From: Elusimicrobiota bacterium
GTDB lineage: Bacteria; Elusimicrobiota; Elusimicrobia; UBA1565; UBA9628
Direction of reading: 5' to 3'
DNA length: 64,000 nucleotides
Assembly: GCA_036676805.1 (NCBI GenBank)
Contig: JAKFCD010000083.1
Span: forward strand, 1,211-65,210
Both the position numbers and the translations under genes were made by a program. The notes beneath the pieces are model-generated. The model searched no databases and had not been told where the DNA came from. It worked only from the letters and a program-made list of their open reading frames with translations. Shown in pieces: positions 11,278-21,702 of this stretch (within the stretch, counting starts at the first letter, position 1; every line of letters starts with the position of its first letter).

Positions 11278-12999
11278 CTAGCGCAGGCGGGCTTTGAGTA
11301 TCTCGTCGCCGGGCTCGAGGACGTCGAGGACGTCCATGCCCGACAGCACGCGCCCGAAGGCGGTGTAGCGCCCGTCGAGGTGAGGCGTGGGCACGAGGCT
11401 GATAAACAACTGGCATCCGCCGGTGTTCGGGCCGGCCTTGGGCATGCCCAAAGTGCCGCGCAGGAAGGGAAGGGGGTTGGCCTCGTCGGCGAGGCGGAAG
11501 CCGTCGTCGCCCCAGCCCGAGCCGCGGGGGTCGCCGCCCTGCACGACGAAGGCGGTCACGACGCGGTGCCAGATCGTCCCGTCGTAGACGCCGCGGCGGG
11601 CGGCGTCGGCGATCGCGGCGGCGGTGTTGGGCGCGGCGGAGGCGTCGAGAAGGATCTCGACCGTTCCTTTTTCCGTTTCCAGGACCAAGGTCGCCGAAGA
11701 GGCCAGGGGCGGGAAGATCTTAGGCGGGGCGAGGCCGGGGCCGGCGGCGACCGTCGCGCCGGAGGCCTTGAGCGCCTTGCGCACGGAGTCGCGAAGCTCG
11801 GCGGTGAGGTCCGCGCGCCCCCACGCCGCGCGCAGCGGGGAAACGAAGGCCGGGGACTTTCGCTCGGCGGCGGCGTCGACGGCCGTGCCGATCAGCTCGA
11901 GCTCGGCCTTGGGATCGCGCAGGACACGCTCGATCGCGACGGCGGCGGCGGGCGCGGTCGAGGCGGCCAAGGTTTCGAGAGCCTGGGCGGCGACGCGGGC
12001 GTCGGGGTCGGCGACGCCGGCGGAGAGTGTCTCGGCGGCGCCGGGCAGGAAGGCGCCGGCTTCGTAGGCGCGGGAACGGATCCACCAGCGGGGGTCCCTG
12101 CGGGCGCGCTCCAAGCGGGAGGCTTCGGGGGCGCCGCGGAGCTTCGCCAGGGCGAGGAGGGCGCGGCCGCGGGGCAGGGGAGTGTCCGCGTCGGCCATCT
12201 TTTCGAGGCGAGAAGAGAGACCGGCGTCGCCCGTCGCTGACACGGCGTCGGCGGCCGCGGCGCGGACGTGAGGCGAGGGGTCGTCATACACCGACCCGGG
12301 GAGCTCTCCCGCGGCCTTGGCCGCGCCGTAGGACCCGACGGCCTCCGCGCGGACGTAGATATCAGGATCCGACAACAACGAAACGTCGGCGCGACGGCCC
12401 AGCTTTGAAAGAGATCGAACGGCAAAAAGACGGGTGACCTTGTCGGGGTCCTTCACGGATTGCGTCAACGTCTTCGCGGCGCGTTCATCAGGGAAGCGGG
12501 AGAACGCGTAGATCGCTCGCCAACGGACCTCGTGATCGGAATCGTTGGCGAGCGTTAACAGCCTATTAAGACTTGCGGTCGAATATTCCGGGACTCGTTT
12601 CAGGAAACGCTGCCGGAATAACGCCAGAGCGACTTCGCCTCTCACTCCCGCGTCGATGTCCGTCGCGGCGGACAGCAGAATGTTCTCGAGGTTCGCGCCG
12701 CCGGTCTTACCTAAAGACTGCACGGCGGCGCGTCGGACGATCGAGTCGGGATCCGAAACGGCCGGAACCAAAGCGTCGGCGGCCGCGGAGCGCAGCGAGA
12801 CGGAGACGGCGGGCTCGCTCTCGCCCTCGGGGACCTCGGTCAGGCCGAGCTGGCCCAGGTCCCACGCGGCCCGCGAACGCTCGGCGGCGTCGGAGGAGCG
12901 GAGCGCGGCCCGGCCCGCGGCGAGGTCGACGGTTGCACGCCGCGGCGCGGAGCCGCAGGCGGTCAGGACGAAGAGGCCGGCCAGATAATGCGCGCGCAC
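11278..12999 (-). CDS. Lipoprotein with HEAT repeats and a C-terminal cyclophilin-type PPIase
   Basis: Lipobox LTAC; repeated D..VR..A HEAT units; YDGTIWHRVV..FVVQGGDP and PHLDGRYTAFGRV. Confidence 0.92.
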   Translation of the reverse strand: MRAHYLAGLFVLTACGSAPRRATVDLAAGRAALRSSDAAERSRAAWDLGQLGLTEVPEGESEPAVSVSLRSAAADALVPAVSDPDSIVRRAAVQSLGKTGGANLENILLSAATDIDAGVRGEVALALFRQRFLKRVPEYSTASLNRLLTLANDSDHEVRWRAIYAFSRFPDERAAKTLTQSVKDPDKVTRLFAVRSLSKLGRRADVSLLSDPDIYVRAEAVGSYGAAKAAGELPGSVYDDPSPHVRAAAADAVSATGDAGLSSRLEKMADADTPLPRGRALLALAKLRGAPEASRLERARRDPRWWIRSRAYEAGAFLPGAAETLSAGVADPDARVAAQALETLAASTAPAAAVAIERVLRDPKAELELIGTAVDAAAERKSPAFVSPLRAAWGRADLTAELRDSVRKALKASGATVAAGPGLAPPKIFPPLASSATLVLETEKGTVEILLDASAAPNTAAAIADAARRGVYDGTIWHRVVTAFVVQGGDPRGSGWGDDGFRLADEANPLPFLRGTLGMPKAGPNTGGCQLFISLVPTPHLDGRYTAFGRVLSGMDVLDVLEPGDEILKARLR

Positions 13000-13028
13000 G
13001 CCCCGATTATATATCCTTAAGGCCGCCC

Positions 13029-13988
13029 ATGAGACGATCGCTCCTTTTCGCCGTCATCGCCCTGCTCGCGGCCTGCGTCACCATCGAGCCGCCGCCCAAC
13101 CCGCGCGGCGCGGTCAAGCCCGGCCAGCGCCTGATCGTCCTGGTCTATCAGTCCCCCGGCCCGTGGATCGTGGCCGACCCCGACTCCAAGGCGGAGTCCG
13201 CGATGAAGATGCTGCCGCTGGGCACCTTCCTGCAGGGCATGCAGGAGGACCGGATCAACGGCCTGTCCAAGGAGATCCAGCCCTATCTCCCCCGCCCCCG
13301 CTACCAGGAGGCCGTCGAGGGCGCCTTGATCTCGGCGCTGAAGGCCGCGCACGACGGCCCCGTACAGACCGCGGCCGAGGCCGGCATCGCCCCCGGTCAG
13401 CGCCATGACTGGAACGCCGCCTCCGACCAGCTCGACTGGCGGCGCAAATTCTGGTTCACCGAGCCGGGCACGCCGTCCCCCCGCGACTACTCCAAGCTCC
13501 TGTCGCTCGACGACGCCGTCATCCTCGAGGTGAACCTGTCCTTCGGCCTCGAGCCCGACGAGCAGGACCGCACCTTGCCGCTGCTGTCCGCCGCCTCGCG
13601 CGCCTACCGCGCCGACACCACGCGCATGCTCTGGGCCCGCGCGGACCGCCTCAGCGACACGACCTCCTCGTCGACGCTCACCGAGTTTCGCGCCGCGCCG
13701 GCGGAGCTCACCGACCGCCTCTACGCGCTGGCCGTCCCGTTCGCCGGCCGCGTCGCGGCCGGCTTCGCCGCTGACGCCGGGCTGAGGCCGGCGCCGCCGC
13801 CGATCCTCGCCGAGCAGACCCCCGCGCCGGGCCTGCTCGATCTTTCGACGCCGCCGGCGGCCGCGCCCGCCCCCGCCGCGGTCGAGCCGCCCGCCGGCCC
13901 CGCCGTTTACGCTCCTCCTCCCTCGGGCGACGGCCCGCCCGCGCCCGTCTTCCCCGAAAAGCCGCAGCAGGGCTTCCCCTCGCATTGA
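13029..13988 (+). CDS. Hypothetical lipoprotein with a Pro-rich tail
   Basis: Start moved to MRRSLLFAVIALLAAC (lipobox LAAC); GC3-rich coding pattern begins there. Confidence 0.75.
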   Translation: MRRSLLFAVIALLAACVTIEPPPNPRGAVKPGQRLIVLVYQSPGPWIVADPDSKAESAMKMLPLGTFLQGMQEDRINGLSKEIQPYLPRPRYQEAVEGALISALKAAHDGPVQTAAEAGIAPGQRHDWNAASDQLDWRRKFWFTEPGTPSPRDYSKLLSLDDAVILEVNLSFGLEPDEQDRTLPLLSAASRAYRADTTRMLWARADRLSDTTSSSTLTEFRAAPAELTDRLYALAVPFAGRVAAGFAADAGLRPAPPPILAEQTPAPGLLDLSTPPAAAPAPAAVEPPAGPAVYAPPPSGDGPPAPVFPEKPQQGFPSH

Positions 13989-14629
13989 AGACGGCCGCCG
14001 TCGCCGGCGCCACGGGGCTCGTCGGCGGCTTCGTGCTGCGCCGGCTGCTGGAGGATCCCGGGACCGGGCGCGTGGTCGCGCCGACGCGCCGCCCGCTGCC
14101 TGCGCACCCGAAGCTCGAGAACCCCATCATCACGTCCGGCTGGCCGGCATTGACCGGGCTCGACGAGGCCTACGGCTGCCTCGGCACCACGCGCAAGGAC
14201 GCGGGAAGCGCCGCCGCCTTTCGCGCCGTCGATCTGGACCTGGCGGTCGGCTTCGCCCGCGCGGCCAAGGCCGGCGGCGCCGGGAGCTTCGGCCTCGTCT
14301 CCTCGGCCGGCGCGAACGCCGGATCTTCGTTCCTGTATCCGCGCGTGAAGGGCGAGGCGGAGGAGGCGGTCGCCGCCCTCGGCTTTGAGACCGTGGTGAT
14401 CGCGCGGCCCTCGTTGCTGCTCGGCGAGCGCGAAAGGCCCCGCCCCGCGGAGAGGCTGGGCGAGGCGGCCTTGGCGCTCGCGTCCCCCTTCCTCGTCGGC
14501 CCGCTGCGCAAGTACCGAGCGGTCTCCGCCGACGCGGTGGCGGCGGCGCTGATCGCCTCGACGCGGGGCCGGTTTCCGGGAACGCTGACGCTCGAGTCCG
14601 ACGGCCTTAGGGCCCATGTAGTAGAATAG
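13985..14629 (+). CDS. NAD(P)H-binding atypical SDR (YraR/HTATIP2-like)
   Basis: GATGLVG, CLGTTRKDAGS, YPRVKGEAE and ARPSLLLGER. Confidence 0.9.
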   Translation: MKTAAVAGATGLVGGFVLRRLLEDPGTGRVVAPTRRPLPAHPKLENPIITSGWPALTGLDEAYGCLGTTRKDAGSAAAFRAVDLDLAVGFARAAKAGGAGSFGLVSSAGANAGSSFLYPRVKGEAEEAVAALGFETVVIARPSLLLGERERPRPAERLGEAALALASPFLVGPLRKYRAVSADAVAAALIASTRGRFPGTLTLESDGLRAHVVE

Positions 14630-14633
14630 CCGG

Positions 14634-15932
14634 ATGAACGCCCTCAACGTCGCCGTGGCGGGCCTCGGCACCGTCGGCCGCGAAACCGTCCGTCTGCTGC
14701 GCGCGCGCCGGGCCGAGCTCAAGGAGCGCCTCGGCGCCGAGCTTCGCCTGGTCGCGGTCGCCGACCGCGGCGCCGCGCGCGAGGCGCGCGGCCTCGGCCT
14801 GCCGGCCTCGGTCGCGTTGTACCGCGACCCGCTCGACATGGCCCGGCGCGCCGAGGCCGACCTGTTCGTCGAGCTGTTAGGCGGCCTCGACACCCCCAAG
14901 CGCTTCGCCCTTTCGGTCCTCGGCCGGGGCAAGGCGCTGGTCACGGCCAACAAGCGCCTGCTCGCGCACGCCTGGCCGGAGATCACCGGGGCGGCCCGCG
15001 CGGGCGGCGCGCGCCTGGCCTTCGAGGGCAGCGTCGCCGGCGGCATCCCGGTCCTGCGCGCGCTCGAGCTTTCCTTCTCCGGCGACCGCGTCCACGGAGT
15101 CGACGGCATCCTCAACGGGACGACCAACTACATCTTGTCCCGCGGAGAAGAGGGCCTCTCCCCGCGGGACGCGCTCAAGGAAGCCCAAGCGCTGGGCTTC
15201 GCGGAGAAGAACCCCGCGATGGACCTCTCCGGCCAGGACGCCGCGCAGAAGCTGAGCGTGCTCGCCGGCCTCGTGACCGGCGGCTGGCTCAAGCCGGGAG
15301 CCTTTCCGGTCGCCGGGATCGAGGCCGTTTCATCAAGGGATCTGACCTTCGCGCGCGAGCGCCTGGGCATGGCCGTCAGGCTCGTCGCGTCGCTGCGTTT
15401 TTCCGGCAAGGCCGGAGCCCCCGCCGTCGAGGCCTCGGTCGCGCCGACCTTGGTGCCGCTGGGCCATCCGCTCGCGGCGGTGCGCCGGCAGTACAACGCG
15501 CTTCTCGTGCACACCGCGTCCGCCGGCGACCTCATGTTCTACGGGCGGGGCGCCGGCGCGGGGCCGACCGCCTCGGCCGTGCTCGCCGACGTGTTCGTCC
15601 TGGCGCGCGACATCCGCGGCGGCCTTCCCGCGGCGGTGTCCGCGGCGCGCCGCCTGACCTTGACCTCGCCCGATCACGCGGCGTCCTCCTTCTATCTCCG
15701 CCTCGAGGTCCTCGATCGCCCCGGCGCCCTGGCGCGCATCGCCGAGGAGCTGGCCGACGCCGGCGTCTCCATCGCCGCGATCCACCAGGACCCGGCGAGC
15801 GGCCGCCGCTCGGTGCCCGTGATGATCGTCACGCACCGCGCCAGTCGCGGCGAGTTCAACCTCGCGCTCAAGCGCATCTTGTCCTTGGCCGCGGTAAAGC
15901 CCGGGCACTGCGCGATGAGGATGCTCGCTTGA
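14634..15932 (+). CDS. hom: Homoserine dehydrogenase with ACT domain
   Basis: [33 protein letters not shown]; DRPGALA ACT domain. Confidence 0.97.
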   Translation: MNALNVAVAGLGTVGRETVRLLRARRAELKERLGAELRLVAVADRGAAREARGLGLPASVALYRDPLDMARRAEADLFVELLGGLDTPKRFALSVLGRGKALVTANKRLLAHAWPEITGAARAGGARLAFEGSVAGGIPVLRALELSFSGDRVHGVDGILNGTTNYILSRGEEGLSPRDALKEAQALGFAEKNPAMDLSGQDAAQKLSVLAGLVTGGWLKPGAFPVAGIEAVSSRDLTFARERLGMAVRLVASLRFSGKAGAPAVEASVAPTLVPLGHPLAAVRRQYNALLVHTASAGDLMFYGRGAGAGPTASAVLADVFVLARDIRGGLPAAVSAARRLTLTSPDHAASSFYLRLEVLDRPGALARIAEELADAGVSIAAIHQDPASGRRSVPVMIVTHRASRGEFNLALKRILSLAAVKPGHCAMRMLA

Positions 15933-16945
15933 CGGGCCTCATCGACCGCTGGCGCGACCGCCTGCCCGTGACGGCGCGCACGCCCGTCGTCAGCCTCGGC
16001 GAGGGCGGCACCCCGCTCGTCCGGGCCGACCGCGTCGCCGAGGCCGCGGGCCTGCCGCCCGGCTCCGTGTTCCTGAAGGTCGAGGGCATGAACCCTTCGG
16101 GGTCGTTCAAGGATCGCGGCATGACCTTGGCGGTCTCCAAGGCCGTCGAGGCGGGCGCCACCGGCGTGCTGTGCGCCTCGACCGGCAACACCTCCGCGTC
16201 GGCGGCCGCCTACGCGGCGCGCGCGGGCCTGCGCTGCGTCGTGTTCCTGCCCAAGGGCAAGGTCGCCGCGGGCAAGCTCTCCCAGGCCGTCATGCACGGC
16301 GCCGAGATCGTCGAGGTGGCCGGCAACTTCGACCAGGCGCTCGTGATGGCCGACGAGGCCGCCAAGACCAAGGGCTTCACCCTCGTCAACTCCTCCAACC
16401 CGTTCCGCATCGAGGGCCAGAAGACCGCGGCCTTCGAGATCCTCGAGCAGCTCGGCCGCGCGCCCGACAACCACTTCATCCCCGTCGGCAACGCCGGGAA
16501 CATCACGGCGTATTGGAAGGGCTATCAAGAGGGCGGGGCCGCGCCGCGCATGTTCGGGTGGCAGGCCGCCGGAGCGGCTCCTCTCGTCTCGGGCAAGGCG
16601 GTATCGAATCCGACGACGATCGCCACGGCCATCCGCATCGGCCGGCCGGTTTCCTGGAACGGCGCCATCGCCGCCCGCGACGAGTCCGGCGGCATGATCG
16701 GCAAGGTCACCGACGCGGAGATCCTCGGCGCCTACCGGCTTCTCGCTTCGCGAGAAGGAGTATTTTGCGAGCCCTCGTCGGCCGCCTCGGTCGCTGGCCT
16801 GCTCAAGCTCGGGAAAGCGGGCAGGGCTCCGCGCGGCGTCAGCGTCTGCGTGCTGACGGGCAACGGCCTCAAGGACCCGGGCATCACGGCGCGCTTCGCG
16901 CCGCGGATCCGGCGCGTCAGGGCGGGCGGGAAGATCAGGCTCTGA
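15929..16945 (+). CDS. thrC: Threonine synthase
   Basis: [10 protein letters not shown] (PLP Lys), [17 protein letters not shown] and LTGNGLKDP. Confidence 0.97.
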   Translation: MTGLIDRWRDRLPVTARTPVVSLGEGGTPLVRADRVAEAAGLPPGSVFLKVEGMNPSGSFKDRGMTLAVSKAVEAGATGVLCASTGNTSASAAAYAARAGLRCVVFLPKGKVAAGKLSQAVMHGAEIVEVAGNFDQALVMADEAAKTKGFTLVNSSNPFRIEGQKTAAFEILEQLGRAPDNHFIPVGNAGNITAYWKGYQEGGAAPRMFGWQAAGAAPLVSGKAVSNPTTIATAIRIGRPVSWNGAIAARDESGGMIGKVTDAEILGAYRLLASREGVFCEPSSAASVAGLLKLGKAGRAPRGVSVCVLTGNGLKDPGITARFAPRIRRVRAGGKIRL

Positions 16946-16946
16946 G

Positions 16947-17864
16947 ATGACCAAGGTCCTCGCGCGCGTGACGGTGACGGCCCCCGCGTCCACCAGCAAC
17001 CTCGGCCCGGGCTTCGACTGCCTGGGCCTGGCGCTCGGCCTGCGCAACGAGCTCGTCCTCGAGCTGCACGACGCCTCCGGCCCGCCCGTGGTCGAGATCG
17101 AGGGCGCCGGCGCCGAGGAACTGCCCCGCGGCGAGCAGAACATGCTCGTCGTCGCCGCGCGCCAGGTCCTGCCGCCCTCCTTGCCCGGGCGCCTCGTCTT
17201 CAAGGCGCGCAACCGCGTGCCGCTCGCGCGCGGCCTGGGCTCCTCGGCGGCGGCGATCGTCAGCGGCCTGTGGGCCGGAGCCCACCTGCTCGGCACCTTG
17301 CGCCGCTCCGAGGACGAGCTCGAACGGATGGCGGTGGCGCTCGAGGGCCATCCCGACAACATCGCGCCCTGCGTGCACGGCGGCCTGACCGCCAGCCTCG
17401 TCGTCGACGGCCGCGCGCGGGCGCACCGCCTCGGCATCCACCCCTCGCTTTCGGCCGTGGTCTGCATCCCCGACTTCGAGCTGTCCACGAAGAAGGCCCG
17501 CGGCGTCCTGCCCGAGACCGTCTTCCTCGCCGACGCCGTGTTCAACGCCTCGCGCGCCCTGCTGCTGGCGAAGGCGCTCGAATCGGGCCACGTCTCCCGC
17601 CTGCCCGAGCTCATGAAGGATCGCTTGCACCAGCCCTATCGCGCCAAGCTCGTCCCCGGCCTCGAGGACGCGCTGACCGCCGCCGTCGAGCACGGCGCCG
17701 CCGGCGCCGCGCTCTCCGGCTCGGGGCCCGCGGTGTTCGCCTTCGTCGAGGGCCGCAACGCCTCCGTCGGCGAGGCGATGGTCCGGGCCTTCTCCAAGCA
17801 CGGCGTCGCCGGCCGCTGGCTGTCCTTGGCCGTCGATCATCAGGGAGTGCGCGTCGAGCGCTGA
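16947..17864 (+). CDS. thrB: Homoserine kinase
   Basis: PASTSNLGPGFD, PLARGLGSSAAA, EGHPDN and SGSGP. Confidence 0.97.
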   Translation: MTKVLARVTVTAPASTSNLGPGFDCLGLALGLRNELVLELHDASGPPVVEIEGAGAEELPRGEQNMLVVAARQVLPPSLPGRLVFKARNRVPLARGLGSSAAAIVSGLWAGAHLLGTLRRSEDELERMAVALEGHPDNIAPCVHGGLTASLVVDGRARAHRLGIHPSLSAVVCIPDFELSTKKARGVLPETVFLADAVFNASRALLLAKALESGHVSRLPELMKDRLHQPYRAKLVPGLEDALTAAVEHGAAGAALSGSGPAVFAFVEGRNASVGEAMVRAFSKHGVAGRWLSLAVDHQGVRVER

Positions 17865-17866
17865 CG

Positions 17867-19105
17867 ATGGCCTCCCGAAAGATCACGGTGATGAAGTTCG
17901 GCGGCACCTCCGTCGCCGACCCCGAGAAGATCTCGCGCGCCGCCGAGCGCGCGATCGGCGAGCGCCGCAAGGGCTTCGCCGTCGTCGTCGTCGTCTCCGC
18001 GCCGGGCGACATGACCGACGAGCTCATCGCGCTGGCCGAGCGCGTCGCCCCCGAGCCCGACGAGCGCGAGCTCGACCAGCTGATCACGACCGGAGAGCAG
18101 GTCGGCATCTCCCTGTTCGCGATGGCTTGCCGGGCCCGGGGCGTTCCCGCGATCTCGCTCACCGGCCCGCAGGCCGGCATCGACGCCGTCGGCGACGCCT
18201 CCCGCGCCCAGATCCGCCGCATCCGCGCCCGCGTCATCCTCAAGCATCTGGCCGCGGGGCGCATCGTCGTCGTCGCCGGCTTTCAGGGGCTCGCCCCGAA
18301 CGGCGACACCGTCACGCTCGGCCGAGGAGGTTCCGACCTCACCGCGGTGGCGCTGGCCTCGGCGCTCAAGACCGGACGCTGCGAGATATTCTCGGACGTG
18401 AAGGGCGTCTACACCGCCGACCCGCGAATCGTCCATGACGCGCGCAAGCTGCCGCGGATCTCCTTCGAGGAGATGCTCGAGCTCGCCGGCTCCGGGGCGC
18501 AGGTCATGCAGGCCCGCTCGATGGAGGTCGCCGAGCGCTTCGGCGTCGAGCTCCACGTCCGCTCCGCCTTCCATCCCCTTCCCGGTACCTGGATCATGTC
18601 CAAGGAGAAGCTCATGCTGGAAAAAGCCTTCGTCTCTAGCCTCGCCCTCGACAAGAGCGAGGTGCGCCTGACCGTCGTCGGCGTCCCCGACCAGCCCGGC
18701 ACGGCGGCCGCAATTCTCAGCGGCCTTGCCGCCGCCGACATCCCGGTCGACATGATCATCCAATCCGCGCCGAGCCAGGCCGGCGTCAACGACATGTCCT
18801 TCATGACGCCGAAGGCCTTCGCGGTCAAGGCGAAAAAGGCCCTCGAGTGCGTCGCCAAGGCTTTGCGCGCCGAGCGCGTGGACCTCAACGAGGCGGTGGC
18901 CAAGATCTCCGCCGTCGGCACGGGCTTTCGCCACTCGCCCAAGATCGCCGCGACGATGTTCACCGCTCTCGCCGATCAGAAGATCAACATCCACATGATT
19001 TCCGCGTCCGACCTGCGCGTGTCCTGCATCGTCGACCTCGCCCAGGGCGAAGCCGCGCTGAAGGCGCTGCACAAGGCCTACGGCCTGGGGAAGGGGAGGA
19101 GATAA
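17867..19105 (+). CDS. lysC: Aspartate kinase
   Basis: VMKFGGTSV, TLGRGGSD, DVKGVYTADPR, two ACT domains; start corrected to MASRK. Confidence 0.96.
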   Translation: MASRKITVMKFGGTSVADPEKISRAAERAIGERRKGFAVVVVVSAPGDMTDELIALAERVAPEPDERELDQLITTGEQVGISLFAMACRARGVPAISLTGPQAGIDAVGDASRAQIRRIRARVILKHLAAGRIVVVAGFQGLAPNGDTVTLGRGGSDLTAVALASALKTGRCEIFSDVKGVYTADPRIVHDARKLPRISFEEMLELAGSGAQVMQARSMEVAERFGVELHVRSAFHPLPGTWIMSKEKLMLEKAFVSSLALDKSEVRLTVVGVPDQPGTAAAILSGLAAADIPVDMIIQSAPSQAGVNDMSFMTPKAFAVKAKKALECVAKALRAERVDLNEAVAKISAVGTGFRHSPKIAATMFTALADQKINIHMISASDLRVSCIVDLAQGEAALKALHKAYGLGKGRR

Positions 19106-19638
19106 TGTCCGTCTTCGTCGCCATCGACTTCGAGACGGCCGATCAGGGCCGCGACTCCGCCTGCTCGGTCGGCCTCGTGCGCGTCGAGCGCGGCGCCGTC
19201 GTTCAAAAAGTCGTCCAGCTGCTGCGCCCTCCGCGCCTGGAGGGCGGCGACCTGTTCACTCCCGCCCCGGCCGAGTTCATGTTCACCTACATCCACGGCA
19301 TCAGGCCCGAGCAGGTCCTCGACGCCCCGACCTTCGCCCAGGCCTGGCCCAAGCTCGCGCCGCTCCTCAAGGGCGCCGACTTCGTGGCCGCGCACAACGC
19401 CCCCTTCGACAGCGGCGTGCTCAACGCCTGCTGCGAGGCCGCCGGCCTGCCCAAGCCCGCGCACCGTTTCGTCTGCACGGTGCGCCTGGCGCGCAGCACG
19501 TGGAGCATCTACCCGACCAAGCTCTCGAACGTCTGCCGGCACCTCAACATCGAGCTCAACCACCACGAGGCGCTGTCCGACGCCCACGCCTGCGCCCAGA
19601 TCGTCATCGCCGCCCAGAAGAAAGGCGTCAAGATCTGA
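19105..19638 (+). CDS. DEDDh 3'-5' exonuclease (DNA polymerase III epsilon-like)
   Basis: AIDFETA, AHNAPFD and HHEALSDA; SD GGAGGAG and TAATG coupling to lysC. Confidence 0.93.
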   Translation: MSVFVAIDFETADQGRDSACSVGLVRVERGAVVQKVVQLLRPPRLEGGDLFTPAPAEFMFTYIHGIRPEQVLDAPTFAQAWPKLAPLLKGADFVAAHNAPFDSGVLNACCEAAGLPKPAHRFVCTVRLARSTWSIYPTKLSNVCRHLNIELNHHEALSDAHACAQIVIAAQKKGVKI

Positions 19639-19642
19639 CGTC

Positions 19643-19671
19643 GGGGTCAGGTTTGCCGTTGTTGCAGTATT
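19643..19671. repeat. Single arm of the REP-like repeat
   Basis: GGGGTCAGGTTTGCCGTTGTTGCAGTATT, identical to 38410-38438; lies between convergent genes. Confidence 0.85.
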
Positions 19672-21061
19672 AACGGCGGAGCTCGGCCAGTTGGGCGCCG
19701 GTGGCGAAGGTGACGCGCTCGAGGGAGAGGGTGCGGCCTTGGTCGACGACGACGCACGGGCCCAGGCCGGGAAGATCCTTGTCATCGATGACGCCCGGGT
19801 ACGGAGGCATGCCTCGGTAATCCATGCCGCCGGCCTCGGAGGCGACGAGAAGGTGGCGGCGCTCGGGAAGGTAATAGACGCGCAGGGGCAGGTAGTAGTA
19901 CTTGCCCAGGTGCACGACGGGCACGCTCGCGTCCGAGGAGCGGCGGATCACCGCGGCCAGAGCGTCTAGGCGGGGATCGACCAGGACGGCGGAAGCGAAA
20001 TAGCCGACGCAGCCCGCGACGACGACGCCGCCGGCGACGGCCCGGGTCCCGGTCCGGCGCGCTCCCAAGGCCGCGAGCAGGATCAGCAGCGGCGAGAGCG
20101 GCGTGAAGTAGCGGGCCTGGGTGACCGGCCGCCCGCTCCACAGTTCGACGGCGGCGACGAGGGCGAGAGCGGCGGCGACATGAACGAGGCAGAAGCCGAA
20201 GGCCCGGCGCTCGGGAGAGCCTTCCGCGGAGGAGAGCGCGTCCCGCCCGGCCGACGCGGCCAGCGCGGCGAAGCCGGCGCCGACGGCGATCCCGCTCCAC
20301 GCCGGCAAGGCCAGGCCGAGGAAGGTGACGTCGAAGAACGTCGTGCCGAGCAGATCCAGAACACGAGGGAAGCTCAGAGCCTCGCCCACGACGGCGTCGC
20401 CGACGTGCGCGCGCGCCTGGGCGGCCAGCGACGGCAGCCACGGAGCGAAGGCCAGCGCGGCGGCCGCGTGCGAGAGCAGGAAGGCGGGCCGGTCCTTCGA
20501 CCTGCGCGCGAGCCAAACCGCGTGGCCCGCGAGCAGGATCGCGTAGTAGTAATGCGTGTAGAGGCCGAAGGTGGCCAGGGCGGCGTAGGCGGCCCACAGC
20601 CGGGCGCGGGGCTTCTCCCCGCTCAGCGCGAGCGTCGCGATCGTCGAGAGCAGGCTGATCAGCAGCAGGAGCGAATACGCCCGTCCGTCCTGAGCGACGT
20701 GGATCCAGAAGGAGGAGGCGGCGGCCAACAAGAGCGCCGGCAGGCGCGCGCTCTCGGGAAGGAGACGGCCGGCGAGGGAGCGCAGCGCGAACAGCGAGCC
20801 TATGCCGCACAGCGCGGAGAACAGGCGCAGGCCCTCGCGCGGGTCCGCGAACGGCCCCAGCCAGAAATGCATCAGCGCGTAATACAGCGGAGGGTTGACC
20901 TCGTTGCTCACCAGCAAGGGGGCGAGCTCGGCCAGCGGCCGTCCGGCGAGCAGCATGGTGCTCGCCTCGTCGAACCAAACGGACTTGGCCCCGAGCAGAA
21001 GCAGCCGCAGCGCCGCCCCGGCCAGGATCGCCGCCGCCGCCCATTTCTCCAGCCTGGTCAT
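19670..21061 (-). CDS. GT-C glycosyltransferase (family 39/PMT/ArnT-like)
   Basis: SVWFDE, NPPLYYALMHFW, QDGRAYSL, YTHYY, many TM helices; start moved to MTRLEKW. Confidence 0.88.
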   Translation of the reverse strand: MTRLEKWAAAAILAGAALRLLLLGAKSVWFDEASTMLLAGRPLAELAPLLVSNEVNPPLYYALMHFWLGPFADPREGLRLFSALCGIGSLFALRSLAGRLLPESARLPALLLAAASSFWIHVAQDGRAYSLLLLISLLSTIATLALSGEKPRARLWAAYAALATFGLYTHYYYAILLAGHAVWLARRSKDRPAFLLSHAAAALAFAPWLPSLAAQARAHVGDAVVGEALSFPRVLDLLGTTFFDVTFLGLALPAWSGIAVGAGFAALAASAGRDALSSAEGSPERRAFGFCLVHVAAALALVAAVELWSGRPVTQARYFTPLSPLLILLAALGARRTGTRAVAGGVVVAGCVGYFASAVLVDPRLDALAAVIRRSSDASVPVVHLGKYYYLPLRVYYLPERRHLLVASEAGGMDYRGMPPYPGVIDDKDLPGLGPCVVVDQGRTLSLERVTFATGAQLAELRR

Positions 21062-21161
21062 GGGCGTATTGTAGCGGTATCGAGGTTGGCCTTTACAGGG
21101 CGCTCCCCCATGGATAGGATGGGTGCTCAAGGCCCGCAGTTCGGCCCCGGAGGACTATCAT

Positions 21162-21356
21162 ATGGCGAAGAAGATGGAGCCGCTCGTGATCGCGAGCAAG
21201 GCGAAGGCGATCTTGAAGAAGGCCGGCTGCAACACCTCGGGCGACGCGCTCGAGGGGCTCAACGGGATCGTGTATTACTACCTCGATCAGGCGGCCAAGC
21301 GCGCGAAGGCGAACGGGCGCAAGACCGTCCGCGTTCACGACTTCCACATCGGCTAG
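21162..21356 (+). CDS. Bacterial histone-fold protein (Bd0055/HMf-like singlet), 64 aa
   Basis: LVIASKAKAILKKAGCNTSGDALEGL...AAKRAKANGRKTVRVHD with the histone RxTxxxxD motif; SD GGAGG upstream, hairpin downstream. Confidence 0.9.
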   Translation: MAKKMEPLVIASKAKAILKKAGCNTSGDALEGLNGIVYYYLDQAAKRAKANGRKTVRVHDFHIG

Positions 21357-21374
21357 CCGCGGCGGAAAGACGAA

Positions 21375-21415
21375 GCGCCCGGGAGGTTTTTATCGCCCCC
21401 GGGCGCCTGTCTTTC
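21375..21415. terminator. Hairpin between the histone gene and a convergent small ORF
   Basis: GCGCCCGGG...CCCGGGCGC stem followed by CTGTCTTT. Confidence 0.6.
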
Positions 21416-21429
21416 GGTGGGACCGAAAA

Positions 21430-21579
21430 TCAGGGCTTGCGCCGGTCCTCGGCGCGCCGGGCGTCGTCCTGGGCCTTTCGCAGGGTGTCGACGATCCGGT
21501 GGGCGGTGTCGTGCACCCAGCGGCTCTTGAGGAGCCTGCGGGGGTTGATCGTCACCTTGGCGCATAGCGCGAGCTTCAT
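21430..21579 (-). CDS. 49-aa small basic protein not in the ORF track
   Basis: MKLALCAKVTINPRRLLKSRWVHDTAHRIVDTLRKAQDDARRAEDRRKP; TATACT 6 nt before ATG; strong GC3 bias. Confidence 0.6.
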   Translation of the reverse strand: MKLALCAKVTINPRRLLKSRWVHDTAHRIVDTLRKAQDDARRAEDRRKP

Positions 21580-21702
21580 GGCGCTAGTATAGCCCCGGGG
21601 CCCGGAAATGTCATTACGCCGGTGTTACAGTTCGTTGAATGTTTCCCGCCGGCGCGGGGCCGTCCTTGACGCCCCCGCGCCGGGCTGTTATATAGGAGAC
21701 CT

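Noticed and set aside
14634-19638. Threonine operon with an appended exonuclease
   Set aside because: Ordinary biosynthetic cluster; no attenuator or riboswitch visible and no evidence of a functional link.
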